64,000 nucleotides of DNA from an uncultured Desulfurococcales archaeon (lineage in GTDB: Archaea > Thermoproteota > Thermoprotei_A > Sulfolobales > Acidilobaceae): assembly GCA_964451715.1 (NCBI GenBank), contig CAYVIZ010000001.1, forward strand, positions 3,830 through 67,829, read 5' to 3'. This document shows, piece by piece, positions 16,901 to 25,705 of the stretch (within the stretch, counting starts at the first letter, position 1; the number at the start of each line of letters is the position of its first letter). The notes below the pieces were generated by a model that did not search any database, was not told where the DNA came from, and saw only the letters and a program-made list of their open reading frames with translations. The position numbers and the translations under genes are program-made.

Positions 16901-19163
16901 GGTTCAGTACCTCCTTTAGGCCTAGCATGGAGGCCGCTATGAATACGATTACCGCTATGTAGGAGAGAACATTGTGTATGGCATAGGGATCCATGGCTGA
17001 TTGGGGAGTATATTTGAAAAGCTCCTGTGAGATAAACTGGTTAACCGGTACAATGTACAACGCGATTACTGAGAGGATGCTGGCGATTGCTACATAAACT
17101 GTTTTCCCACCTGTATATCCGTTGTAGAGAGCGGCTAGGAAGAGGAGTGGAGCTATCCTGTCAGGGCTGAATATATTGGTTAGGGAATAAAGTAGTATTC
17201 CCAGAAGGGAGTAGAATGAGAGTAAACCATCTAAATCATCGGTTTTGCCTACGGGAACCATGTTTTTCCTTCTCTTCTCAATAGAGTAGAGAAGTATCAT
17301 TGTGAAAAATGAAATTATAAGAATAGCTTGGAGCTCTATGCTTATACCCCCCAGTATGTTGAAAAGGTTCATTGAGACGCGGTAATCCGCCATGTACTTT
17401 AATGATGCTATGAATGACGCATGGCCACAGTAGAGGTACGCTAATATCATGGACGAAGCCAGTCCCGCCGATGATATGGTAAGACCGTATAACCCGTTGT
17501 ATGCCAGGACGGCTCCTAGCAGGGATAAGGCAGTGGGTATGGAATACGCTGTAAAGCCTAGGAGGTAGAGGCCTAGTGTCCTGTTCCTGTATAGGGCGAG
17601 GGTGGAGAGGATTATTAGAGGGGTTATAAGACTGTTAGAGTTGAAGGATGATAAGGCTACTGCGGAGAGAAGTATCAGGTATCCTGCCGATAAGGGTTTG
17701 GGGTAAGTGGGTTTCAAGTAGAAGTCTTGGGCGAGTATAGGTATGAGCAGTGCTGCCATTATCATGGCGTAGAATCCCGCTTTCATGGGATCTCCGGGAT
17801 AGCCATGGCTTACTATGCAGGCTACACCTATGTAGTCCCCATAGAATGATGGTTTACCTAGAAAATACAAGCCCGTCATTATCGATGTCAAGCTCATGAG
17901 AACAGCATGCCACCCGAATCCCTTCTTGAACCAAGGGAGGAAATGGACTTCTTCGGGTAGAATGCTGGTGTCATAGTCGAAGAGTATTTTTCTATATGGA
18001 GCAAGGTTCTCCAGGTACAGTTGTTTGAATACACCTGTAGAGAGGTCGTTGAGGACTGGTAGAAGCTCGGAGAAGGCTAGAGCTGCTAGAGGAGCTAGTT
18101 GAATTGTGTAGAAGCTATACAAAGTATGGTTTCCAGCTATGTATGTGAATACGTATCCTAGCCATACACTCAGGAATGCGCCTATCCCATAGTATCTTTT
18201 CCCAGGGATAAATAGGGGGAATAGTAAGATTGATTCTAATAGAGCTAGTAGGTACACTGGCGTATTCAAGACGGCTGGGAATTTATGGGGTACATAGGAG
18301 AGGACGAAGTAGTTTGAATTAAGGATCCATCCCCAGGGAGTCGACGCTGGGGGGCCAGCGCCTCTAGATGTTGTGTGCCATTCTATTGCACCCACCACAC
18401 TCTGGTTTAGCCATGATTGGAACCCGAAGCTCATTATTATAGGTATATTTACAGTGAGAAGAACCAAGCTGGGAATCAGTAAAGTGTATAAGAGTGACTT
18501 TAAGGGATGCATCCCCTTCATCCTCATGTATGCATACAGAAACGGGGCTATGAAGAAGCCGCTGTACTTAACACTGACGGCCAATCCTAGCATAAACGCT
18601 GCAGAAAGACGCCTGTCATACAAGGCAAGTAGTACTGTTGCAAATGTGAAGAAAGCTAGGAAAGGATCCAGCATTGCGAGGCTTCCCACTGACTGGACTA
18701 CCGGGTCGAGGAAGACGGCTAGCCCTGCAAGAAGCCCGGCTAGGATGCTTATGGGAGGCTTAAGGTATCTCGCCGCAGCCATGTATACCATGAACGGTAG
18801 TGCTGCAGTGAATAGGATGCTGGGTATCCTCCAGTATATGGGCTTATCGCCGAGCAACACCATTGAAAGCCCTATTATGTACTTAGCTAAGGGGGGATGC
18901 TCCAGATTGTAGTAGTCCTCCTTTATCTTATCACTTGAAGGCCACCAGGATCCTCTGTGGACGCCGAATATGTTAATCATGATTTTGCGTGCCACGTTAA
19001 CATAGTAGACCTCGTCGCTTACGTAACAGTTTACTCCTGTGCATGAAGCCAGGGATAAGGCGTTAGTATATAGTATGTATGCTAGTATGAGGGATAAGGC
19101 GGCTGCCGCAACCAGGCCAGCTAAGTATACACGCCTCCACTCGCTGCCCCTATGGCACAACAA
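16854..19163 (-). CDS. GT-C fold membrane glycosyltransferase (PMT/ArnT-like, family 39-like)
   Basis: 769 aa with more than 15 predicted TM helices. The first extracytoplasmic loop carries the DE motif (VSDEVYYVNVARK), as in dolichyl-phosphate-mannose protein mannosyltransferases. Confidence 0.6.
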   Translation of the reverse strand: MLCHRGSEWRRVYLAGLVAAAALSLILAYILYTNALSLASCTGVNCYVSDEVYYVNVARKIMINIFGVHRGSWWPSSDKIKEDYYNLEHPPLAKYIIGLSMVLLGDKPIYWRIPSILFTAALPFMVYMAAARYLKPPISILAGLLAGLAVFLDPVVQSVGSLAMLDPFLAFFTFATVLLALYDRRLSAAFMLGLAVSVKYSGFFIAPFLYAYMRMKGMHPLKSLLYTLLIPSLVLLTVNIPIIMSFGFQSWLNQSVVGAIEWHTTSRGAGPPASTPWGWILNSNYFVLSYVPHKFPAVLNTPVYLLALLESILLFPLFIPGKRYYGIGAFLSVWLGYVFTYIAGNHTLYSFYTIQLAPLAALAFSELLPVLNDLSTGVFKQLYLENLAPYRKILFDYDTSILPEEVHFLPWFKKGFGWHAVLMSLTSIMTGLYFLGKPSFYGDYIGVACIVSHGYPGDPMKAGFYAMIMAALLIPILAQDFYLKPTYPKPLSAGYLILLSAVALSSFNSNSLITPLIILSTLALYRNRTLGLYLLGFTAYSIPTALSLLGAVLAYNGLYGLTISSAGLASSMILAYLYCGHASFIASLKYMADYRVSMNLFNILGGISIELQAILIISFFTMILLYSIEKRRKNMVPVGKTDDLDGLLSFYSLLGILLYSLTNIFSPDRIAPLLFLAALYNGYTGGKTVYVAIASILSVIALYIVPVNQFISQELFKYTPQSAMDPYAIHNVLSYIAVIVFIAASMLGLKEVLNRACIERLDRKIRSRD

Positions 19164-19175
19164 TATGCACCCTTA

Positions 19176-19235
19176 GCCGTCAGAGTAGCTCAGCCAAATC
19201 ACCTATCATCCGGCGCCATATATTCATCACACGGC
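19176..19235 (-). ncRNA. candidate C/D box sRNA (60 nt)
   Basis: Minus strand reads GCCG-U-GUGAUGA(C)-AUAUAUGGCGCCGG-AUGA(D'?)-UAG-GUGAUUU(C')-GGCUGAGCUACU-CUGA(D)-CGGC. There is a 4-bp terminal stem, and the C'-to-D guide is exactly 12 nt. Its 3' end is 13 nt upstream of the glycosyltransferase start codon. Confidence 0.5.
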
Positions 19236-19323
19236 ACTTACTAATCAGTCTTAAGCCATTACATATATAATCTTCCCTGCAACCATGGAGTTATGGAAAG
19301 CCGCTTGAGAAGGGAAGAACTCC

Positions 19324-19641
19324 ATGGTAAAGGATAGGTATAAGAAGGGAAGCAACATATCTTCTCGAGATATACGAAAGTTCAGTACATATCCTTCAAT
19401 GCCCCGTCCAAGAGACAAAGACTACTCGCACAGGCCCAGGAGGGGTCAAATCATTAGAATAGAGGTGACTGATGTAGACGAAAAAGAGAGGGGGCTGGGC
19501 AAATATCGCGGGTTCAACGTAGTCATACTAGGCAACGCTACCGTGGGAGAGGTAATAGAGGCTAGGATAAAAGAGGTAAGGGGGAACACTATTCTAGCCG
19601 AAGCAGTTAACTACTCTGACAGCAACCTTGAACCGTTCTAA
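19324..19641 (+). CDS. TRAM domain protein with a basic N-terminal extension
   Basis: The sequence GQIIRIEVTDVDEKERGLGKYRGFNVVILGNATVGEVIEARIKEVRGNTILAEAV fits the TRAM beta-barrel pattern. Confidence 0.6.
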   Translation: MVKDRYKKGSNISSRDIRKFSTYPSMPRPRDKDYSHRPRRGQIIRIEVTDVDEKERGLGKYRGFNVVILGNATVGEVIEARIKEVRGNTILAEAVNYSDSNLEPF

Positions 19642-19719
19642 ACACAATAGGATTAATACATATTTAGACTAAAATGCCTTCTTTATCCCAAGGAGATGAC
19701 GGCGCCGCATATGATATAA

Positions 19720-20289
19720 ATGATATCTGGTGAAGGAAGCATGACTAGGAAGGATTTCCTAAGAAACATAGTGAACCACATACTAGCTGAGAATACTGGA
19801 AAGCTCCAGTCAAGCTTTGTTGAAGACCTGAGGGAGTCTATAGGGAGGGCTGAGGTCAAATACAAGTTCTCCGCGATAGATGGCAACATAGAAAACCTTG
19901 CAGAATACCTTAGAAGCACAGACTTCGATGAAATTGTTCTACTAGCAAGGGCCCATAGGGCCCTATGGATTATAAAGGAAATACTTGAATCAGCTAAAAG
20001 AGAATACTCCGACATAGAGAGCATTGTCTCAGCCATAGATTACAGGCTAACGCATATAGAGGAGGGGTTCAGGGAGAGCAGGGTTGACATAGAGAGCCTA
20101 GTCAGGCTATTGAAAAATAGCGGTTATAGAATAGAGAAATCAAATGGTGAAGTAATTATAAGGCTGCAAAACACTGAGGTCAGGGTAAAGGCGGAGAAAA
20201 GCGTCTTCTCATACGAGATAACGATAAAGGGCAGAACCTCAGACGCGGAGAGCATTGTTAAGAAGATAAACACTATAAGAACACTCTAA
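19720..20289 (+). CDS. hypothetical helical protein
   Basis: 189-aa ORF with no recognised motif. Confidence 0.4.
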   Translation: MISGEGSMTRKDFLRNIVNHILAENTGKLQSSFVEDLRESIGRAEVKYKFSAIDGNIENLAEYLRSTDFDEIVLLARAHRALWIIKEILESAKREYSDIESIVSAIDYRLTHIEEGFRESRVDIESLVRLLKNSGYRIEKSNGEVIIRLQNTEVRVKAEKSVFSYEITIKGRTSDAESIVKKINTIRTL

Positions 20290-21364
20290 AGGCGTAGGGC
20301 AGCAATCTTACTCCCTTAGCCGGCTCTAGGAGAGCGGCTCCTATTAGGGTTTTTACAGATACTTCAGCCCTGAAGTACTTCTCCCAGAATCTGGCGGGTA
20401 GATTCTCCAGTATAAACCTCCTCTTATGAGGCGGTTCATCCTCGACTATACTGAAAAGCTTGGATGCGAGCCGCGACTCTGCTATGAGGGAGGACGCCTT
20501 CTCCCTGTATCTTCTAGCTATTAAATCCGGATCTCCGTCTCCACTTTTTATCGAATCAGCTAGATGCTCTGCACTGAGCAATGCCGGCCTTATACCCTCG
20601 CCTGTCATCGACACTATGAACCCCGCGGCTTCACCTAAATAGAAAACCTTCACATCATTGTCGTAGAGTCTAACAGCGGGTTTAATCCTTATGAGAGATG
20701 CAGACTTGACAACGGCTTCCTCCAGGCCTGTTTTCCTGTTTATATAGCTTAGAATCCTGGGTACCAAATCCTCTCCGCGGCGGAGCTCGTAGAAGCCTCC
20801 TCCAGCATTGACCAGGTTCTTCCCGGGATCGCTGGGGAAGATCCAGTAGAAGCCTAGGGCCTTGCTGTCGAATTCTACTAGAGCCTTGTTTCTAGGCCAT
20901 TCTTTTCTAGGCCTGTAAATGACGCGGAAAACGGGTAACGGTTTCACTGATCTCGGGGTGAATGGCCCCCGGGCATCTATCGTTAAAACACCGGATGCTT
21001 CGGAGTGGCCGTGTACTCTATTGTAGGGAGCCCAATTCATTATGGCTCCATTGTCTACTGCTTCTCTTCTAAGACTGCTTACAAGTTTGTGTTTATCTAT
21101 TATGTACCAGAGAGGCTCCTTAAACTCTTCATCGTAAACGGTTTTACCGTCAACTACTACTTGAAACCTGCTAACTCTGGCCTTTACACTAGTGTATTTC
21201 TCTACTATGCTTTTCGTGTAATTGTTTACTGGAACTGCTTCCCCACACGGTTTCCTGTAATATTTGTCGGGATCGTAACCTTCTACATGGAATCCAGCCC
21301 TAGACAAAAGCACTGATATCCTCGATCCCGACACGCCTAGACCCGCTACTATGATTTTCTCCAT
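20273..21364 (-). CDS. FAD-dependent oxidoreductase, geranylgeranyl reductase family
   Basis: N-terminal dinucleotide fold IIVAGLGVSGS and a KPCGEAV motif typical of archaeal GGR-family enzymes. Confidence 0.65.
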   Translation of the reverse strand: MEKIIVAGLGVSGSRISVLLSRAGFHVEGYDPDKYYRKPCGEAVPVNNYTKSIVEKYTSVKARVSRFQVVVDGKTVYDEEFKEPLWYIIDKHKLVSSLRREAVDNGAIMNWAPYNRVHGHSEASGVLTIDARGPFTPRSVKPLPVFRVIYRPRKEWPRNKALVEFDSKALGFYWIFPSDPGKNLVNAGGGFYELRRGEDLVPRILSYINRKTGLEEAVVKSASLIRIKPAVRLYDNDVKVFYLGEAAGFIVSMTGEGIRPALLSAEHLADSIKSGDGDPDLIARRYREKASSLIAESRLASKLFSIVEDEPPHKRRFILENLPARFWEKYFRAEVSVKTLIGAALLEPAKGVRLLPYAFRVFL

Positions 21365-21460
21365 CCCAAATTCTACCCGTTACTCTCTTTTTCCACTGTT
21401 TTGAACAGCGTGCTACACTATTAAAATACCATTATACATATAATTCGAATAGAGCTCCGG

Positions 21461-21865
21461 GTGCATAGATCCTTGAAGGCGGTCTTAGAGCTCACCAAGT
21501 CTAGATCAGGGAAACACGCTTCTAGGCGCCTCGCGTTTATCATAACGGAAGAAGGAGATCTCAGAGAACTCAAAGATGGCTCAAAGTGTATAAAGTGCAA
21601 GACGTATGCTGAAGGAGAGGCTAGAGAGGTGGAGGTAGAGCTCGGGAGGGGAGAGTATCTAGCACTGGTGTGGCTTGTAAGAAACCTGAGGAACCATGTA
21701 AAAGGGGAGATCCTGTTGTTGAACAGCAAGGGTGACATGGTCTTCAGAGCAGTATACAGGAGGTTAAAACTCAGGCGGACGCATGGGGATCCCAAATATG
21801 CTTGGATGGTAAGGGTTATAGCCGATAGAATAGGTTTATACGTTAAAAAATACAGCCTAGAGTAG
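21461..21865 (+). CDS. hypothetical protein
   Basis: 134-aa ORF with a GTG start. No motif recognised. Confidence 0.4.
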   Translation: MHRSLKAVLELTKSRSGKHASRRLAFIITEEGDLRELKDGSKCIKCKTYAEGEAREVEVELGRGEYLALVWLVRNLRNHVKGEILLLNSKGDMVFRAVYRRLKLRRTHGDPKYAWMVRVIADRIGLYVKKYSLE

Positions 21866-21877
21866 GGTGTCGAAGCC

Positions 21878-23158
21878 TTGAAGATAGCCTATATTATACT
21901 GGATGGAGCAGCAGATGGGCTTCATGCTCCCAGGAAGTCTCTCAAGGAGGCTGCTAAACCAAATATAGACTACATCGCTTCTAAGTCCCGTTGCGGTCTA
22001 GTCTATACTGTTGGCAGGGGGATAGCCCCTGAAAGTGATGCCGCTACATTATCCCTCCTCGGATATAATCCTGTGAAATACTATACTGGAAGAGGCCCTC
22101 TCGAAGCTTTGGGGGTGGGTTTAAGGCTGAGGGAAGGCTATGAAATAGCGTTGCGAGCCAACTTCGCAACCATAGATCCCTCAACCTACAGGATAATAGA
22201 TAGAAGGGTTGGGAGGAACCTTACGAGCTCTGAGGCCAGGATCCTAGCCAGTGAGATAGACAATATGAATCTGGCGGGAGGAGAGGGTTATGCAAGGTTT
22301 AAATCAACTATAGGACACCGCGGTGTACTCATAGTAGGTCATAGGAAACGCAGGATAAACGCTATGATATCAAACACTGATCCCGCCTATGAGAGGAAAG
22401 GCCTCATATCAGAAGCGCTGAAAAGCTTCGAGCCTGTTCTAAGGCGTGCTGAACCATTAGAGGAGTCGGAGGAGGCTCGCCTCGCGGCCGAACTAGTAAA
22501 CGAGTTCACCGATAAAGCTGTAAGGATACTTGACGCGCATCCCGTTAACAGGGAACGTGTTTCAAGAGGACTGCTACCCGCCAATGCCGTTCTCCTAAGA
22601 GATGCCGGTGACAGACTTCCTGACGTGAGGCCTATAGGGGAGTGGACCGGGTTTAAATGGGCTGCAATAGCGGAGATGCCCGTGGAAAGAGGTATAGCTA
22701 GGGCTGTAGGTATGGGTGTGCTTGAGGTTATAGTGGAAGGGAAAAGCAAGCCGGAGCTTCTAAAAGAGGAGGCCGGCCTCCTGGTAGAAGGCTTAAAACA
22801 GTATGAGGCTGTCTATGCTCATCTAAAAGGGCCGGACGAGCCGGGGCATGATGGAAGCTTGGAGGGCAAAGTAGAGGCTATCGAGGCTATCGACGAGTTC
22901 TTCTTCCCTAAGATAATGGAGCTAGTCGAAGACGGGGAAACGGCTGTGATTATAACATCTGATCACGCCACTCCATGGCACCTGAAATCCCATAGTGATG
23001 ACCCTGTACCGTTGGCTATATATGTTCCCGGCGTAGAAGGAGACGGTTTCAGCGGCTTCAATGAAGAAGAATGCGCAAAGGGGTCGCTGGGTGTGCTTGA
23101 AGGCGGGTACAATATTCTCCCCACTGCCCTTGATATATTGAAGCGTGTCAATAGTTGA
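21878..23158 (+). CDS. apgM: 2,3-bisphosphoglycerate-independent phosphoglycerate mutase, archaeal type
   Basis: 426 aa with ILDGAAD at the N-terminus, plus PDEPGHDG and TSDHATP metal-site motifs. TTG start. Confidence 0.85.
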   Translation: MKIAYIILDGAADGLHAPRKSLKEAAKPNIDYIASKSRCGLVYTVGRGIAPESDAATLSLLGYNPVKYYTGRGPLEALGVGLRLREGYEIALRANFATIDPSTYRIIDRRVGRNLTSSEARILASEIDNMNLAGGEGYARFKSTIGHRGVLIVGHRKRRINAMISNTDPAYERKGLISEALKSFEPVLRRAEPLEESEEARLAAELVNEFTDKAVRILDAHPVNRERVSRGLLPANAVLLRDAGDRLPDVRPIGEWTGFKWAAIAEMPVERGIARAVGMGVLEVIVEGKSKPELLKEEAGLLVEGLKQYEAVYAHLKGPDEPGHDGSLEGKVEAIEAIDEFFFPKIMELVEDGETAVIITSDHATPWHLKSHSDDPVPLAIYVPGVEGDGFSGFNEEECAKGSLGVLEGGYNILPTALDILKRVNS

Positions 23159-23900
23159 AGGCCTCGAGAACAACGGATGAGAGTTTTCTCTTCAACTCGT
23201 ATATTCTTGTTTCGAGTGTTCTCCTATCGCTTTTCTTTCTAAGGAAATTTGAAAAACGCTTAAGCTCTACATAGTCATCCTCTGTAAGTATACCCTTCCT
23301 CCTGAGTATGACGGCGCATCTAGAGGTAGCTGCCCCCGATAGTATAGAGCCGTTTACCAGAGAGTCTAGGGCGCTGTCTACATCTGCGTATGATAGCATA
23401 CACGATCCTTCCGGGTGTGTATGCAGTGAGGAAACAGTGTTTTTGAGGAATGGTATTGAGACCTTGTAGCGTGCCCCTTCCAGGTGTACTAGGCGTCCAT
23501 CCGATAGGTAGAGGAACATGTACTCTGTTCCCGTCGAGGATGTAATAAGTGCCGAGCCCCTGATAACGTCTTTATCATAGATGAAGGGGAGCCTGTATAC
23601 ACTGTTAACGAATGCTTCATAACCTAAGCCGTCCCCGTCTAGTTCCTCGAATACAACTATAACCCCGTTGTAAAGCTCTACACTATAGTCTCCCGGGTAA
23701 GGCGACACTCCGACCCTAACCTTCCGAGGCAACCTGGATGAGAATCCCTCAAGAGCCCTCTCCAGTTCAGGTGCCCTGATCAAATAGCCTCTGGGGTCCA
23801 CGTCGTTCTCTAAAGCATCCCTCTCTATATAGTCGATAATACTCCAAGCAATAGCCAGTAACACGCTCCCGGTAGTGGTTTTGATTTCCTGCATCTTCAA
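23148..23900 (-). CDS. JAMM/MPN+ domain putative metalloprotease with an uncharacterised N-terminal domain
   Basis: Exact JAMM signature H-x-H-x7-S-x2-D in SSLHTHPEGSCMLSYADVD. The rest has no family I can name. Confidence 0.5.
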   Translation of the reverse strand: MKMQEIKTTTGSVLLAIAWSIIDYIERDALENDVDPRGYLIRAPELERALEGFSSRLPRKVRVGVSPYPGDYSVELYNGVIVVFEELDGDGLGYEAFVNSVYRLPFIYDKDVIRGSALITSSTGTEYMFLYLSDGRLVHLEGARYKVSIPFLKNTVSSLHTHPEGSCMLSYADVDSALDSLVNGSILSGAATSRCAVILRRKGILTEDDYVELKRFSNFLRKKSDRRTLETRIYELKRKLSSVVLEAFNY

Positions 23901-23972
23901 AACAATATACCCGTATTGAAAGGGTTGTGTGATTCAATCTTATTAAAGTCCTAAGCCATTGCTGAGTCATGG

Positions 23973-24731
23973 TTGGGAAGATTGACTAAGGGTTTGGGGG
24001 ACTTATGGGATCCTATAAAGGCTAGCCTCGAAGAGCTCGTGGAGTGCTACGAGCGCGTGAACAGGGTGACTAGCCTCGGCCAGATAGGGCGTCTAAGGAG
24101 GCAGGCTGTACGGGAGGCGCGTGTGGAGAATGGTGTTATACTAGATGCTGGAGCGGGGCCAGGTTTTATTGGCTTGATATCCCTAGACATGGGTGCCCGC
24201 ACCGTATTCCTTTTGGATCCCATAGAGAGGATGATAGAGGAGCAGAAGAGAAACTTGGAGGCTGTTGAGAGATTTAGATACGAGTCTCTGCAGGGCGTAT
24301 TTGAAAGCTTACCCTTTAAGGATTCATCGCTGGATGCGGTGATAACCAGTTTCGCCCTGAGAGACGCTTACGACTTGGATAAGGCTGTGAGCGAGATAGC
24401 CAGAGTACTAAAGCCCAGTGGTTCACTCGTTATACTAGACTTCTACAAGCCGTCAAACAAGCTATGGGCTAGCTTGATAGGACTCTACCTGAAATACGGC
24501 ATCCCGTTCCTCTCACGCATAGCAGGATGCAGGAAATCCCTGCTCTACAAGGGCTTGTATGAAACATATAAGAAGCATCTGACAGGTAATGAATACATGC
24601 AGCTCCTGTCGAGGCATTTCGAGCAAGTTGAAATAAAGACGAGGATGATGAAGAGCGTTATGATAGCCGTGGCACGGAATCCCCTCCACAAGCCTCTAAC
24701 ACATAGCTCCTCAGAACAGGGCAACAAGTAG
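23973..24731 (+). CDS. class I SAM-dependent methyltransferase (UbiE/MenG-like)
   Basis: SAM motif I VILDAGAGPGFIG and post-I acidic LLDP. Overall UbiE-like layout. TTG start. Confidence 0.7.
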   Translation: MGRLTKGLGDLWDPIKASLEELVECYERVNRVTSLGQIGRLRRQAVREARVENGVILDAGAGPGFIGLISLDMGARTVFLLDPIERMIEEQKRNLEAVERFRYESLQGVFESLPFKDSSLDAVITSFALRDAYDLDKAVSEIARVLKPSGSLVILDFYKPSNKLWASLIGLYLKYGIPFLSRIAGCRKSLLYKGLYETYKKHLTGNEYMQLLSRHFEQVEIKTRMMKSVMIAVARNPLHKPLTHSSSEQGNK

Positions 24732-25287
24732 AAACCAGGGCAACCGCGTTCTCCCTAGTATTCTCATATATGTCGTCCACCCTGAAACCAGACTCCATGT
24801 AGCGTCTAGCCTGGACACATGTAGACACGTGGTCAGCCAGCTTCACAAGGTTCGCCTCAAGAGAAGAACCAGCCACATACTCCGCGAGCAAATCCTTGAA
24901 CCCCCCATCCAACCCCATCTCACCAACGGCCTCTAGTTCAAGCTCATCCTTCAATCCCCGGAGCCTCACACTAGTCCACCTAGGTATATCCCCAACAACT
25001 GCTTCAGCCAAATCGTGAACCACGGCCATGGCAGCAGCCTTATAGGGGTCAACATCGAAGCCTTCCTCTCGCAAAATGAAAGCCATATCCATAGCAAGTA
25101 ACGCAGCCTCAAAAGAGTGCTGAGCCACAGTTTCACCTATAGAAGGAGGGACACCCCTCTGCATCCATCCAGTCCTCACAAGCCACTTGGAGCCTTGGAA
25201 AAAATCCAGCTTCCCCACCGATATTACACCCGGAAACACATATAGTTTAAGACGTTGAAAAATAAACCCTCCAAAGAAAAATAACAT
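24658..25287 (-). CDS. HD-domain phosphohydrolase (YfbR-like 5'-nucleotidase family)
   Basis: Motifs RTGW...ETVAQHS...VVHDLAEAVVGDIP. The true start may be downstream of the ATG at 25287, because that ATG abuts the RNase P RNA gene. Confidence 0.7.
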   Translation of the reverse strand: MLFFFGGFIFQRLKLYVFPGVISVGKLDFFQGSKWLVRTGWMQRGVPPSIGETVAQHSFEAALLAMDMAFILREEGFDVDPYKAAAMAVVHDLAEAVVGDIPRWTSVRLRGLKDELELEAVGEMGLDGGFKDLLAEYVAGSSLEANLVKLADHVSTCVQARRYMESGFRVDDIYENTRENAVALVSTCCPVLRSYVLEACGGDSVPRLS

Positions 25288-25293
25288 CCCACA

Positions 25294-25626
25294 GGGGGTA
25301 GACCGGGCTGGCGGCCGGCGGGCCTACCCGAAGGGCCTGAGGAAACTTCACCCTCCCCACGGCAGCGGGACCCCGTGAGGGGTACGGGGAGACCCGTGGC
25401 AATGCCACAGAAACGAGACGGCCTCCGCTCCGGTGACGGTGAAGCGGATAGGCGGGCCTGGCAACAGGCCCGCAGCAAACCGCAGAGGAGGACGGGGGAA
25501 GCGTTGAAACGGGCATCCCCCGCGGAGCAAGGCATCCGGCCTGTGAACTGCCGTGAGAGGCCGGGGAAGCCGCATAGTCGAATGCCGCCGTAGTACAGAA
25601 GGTGAGTTATAGCCCGGACTACCCCC
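25294..25626 (+). ncRNA. rnpB: RNase P RNA (type A-like)
   Basis: GC-rich region of about 333 nt covered by mutually overlapping spurious ORFs. The P1 helix pairs GGGGGUAGACCGGGC with GCCCGGACUACCCCC. Conserved blocks are comparable to bacterial/archaeal RNase P: GAGGAAAC, GCAACAG..GCAGCAAACCGC, GGUGACGGUGAAGCGG, CCGCGGAGCAAGGC and UAGUCGAAUGCCGCC..ACAGAAGGUGAGUUAUAG. Confidence 0.85.
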
Positions 25627-25705
25627 TTTCTTCCCGTTACTCTATACGTGGCCCGGGCTGGCTGTTAGGGATGAATCACTAGCAAAGACTGTCGGGAGTA
25701 TCCTG

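Noticed and set aside
25224-25593. A cluster of overlapping ORFs of 72-103 aa on both strands (Arg/Pro/Gly-rich).
   Set aside because: They coincide with the GC-rich RNase P RNA gene. The mutual overlap and the composition indicate a structured RNA rather than coding sequence.
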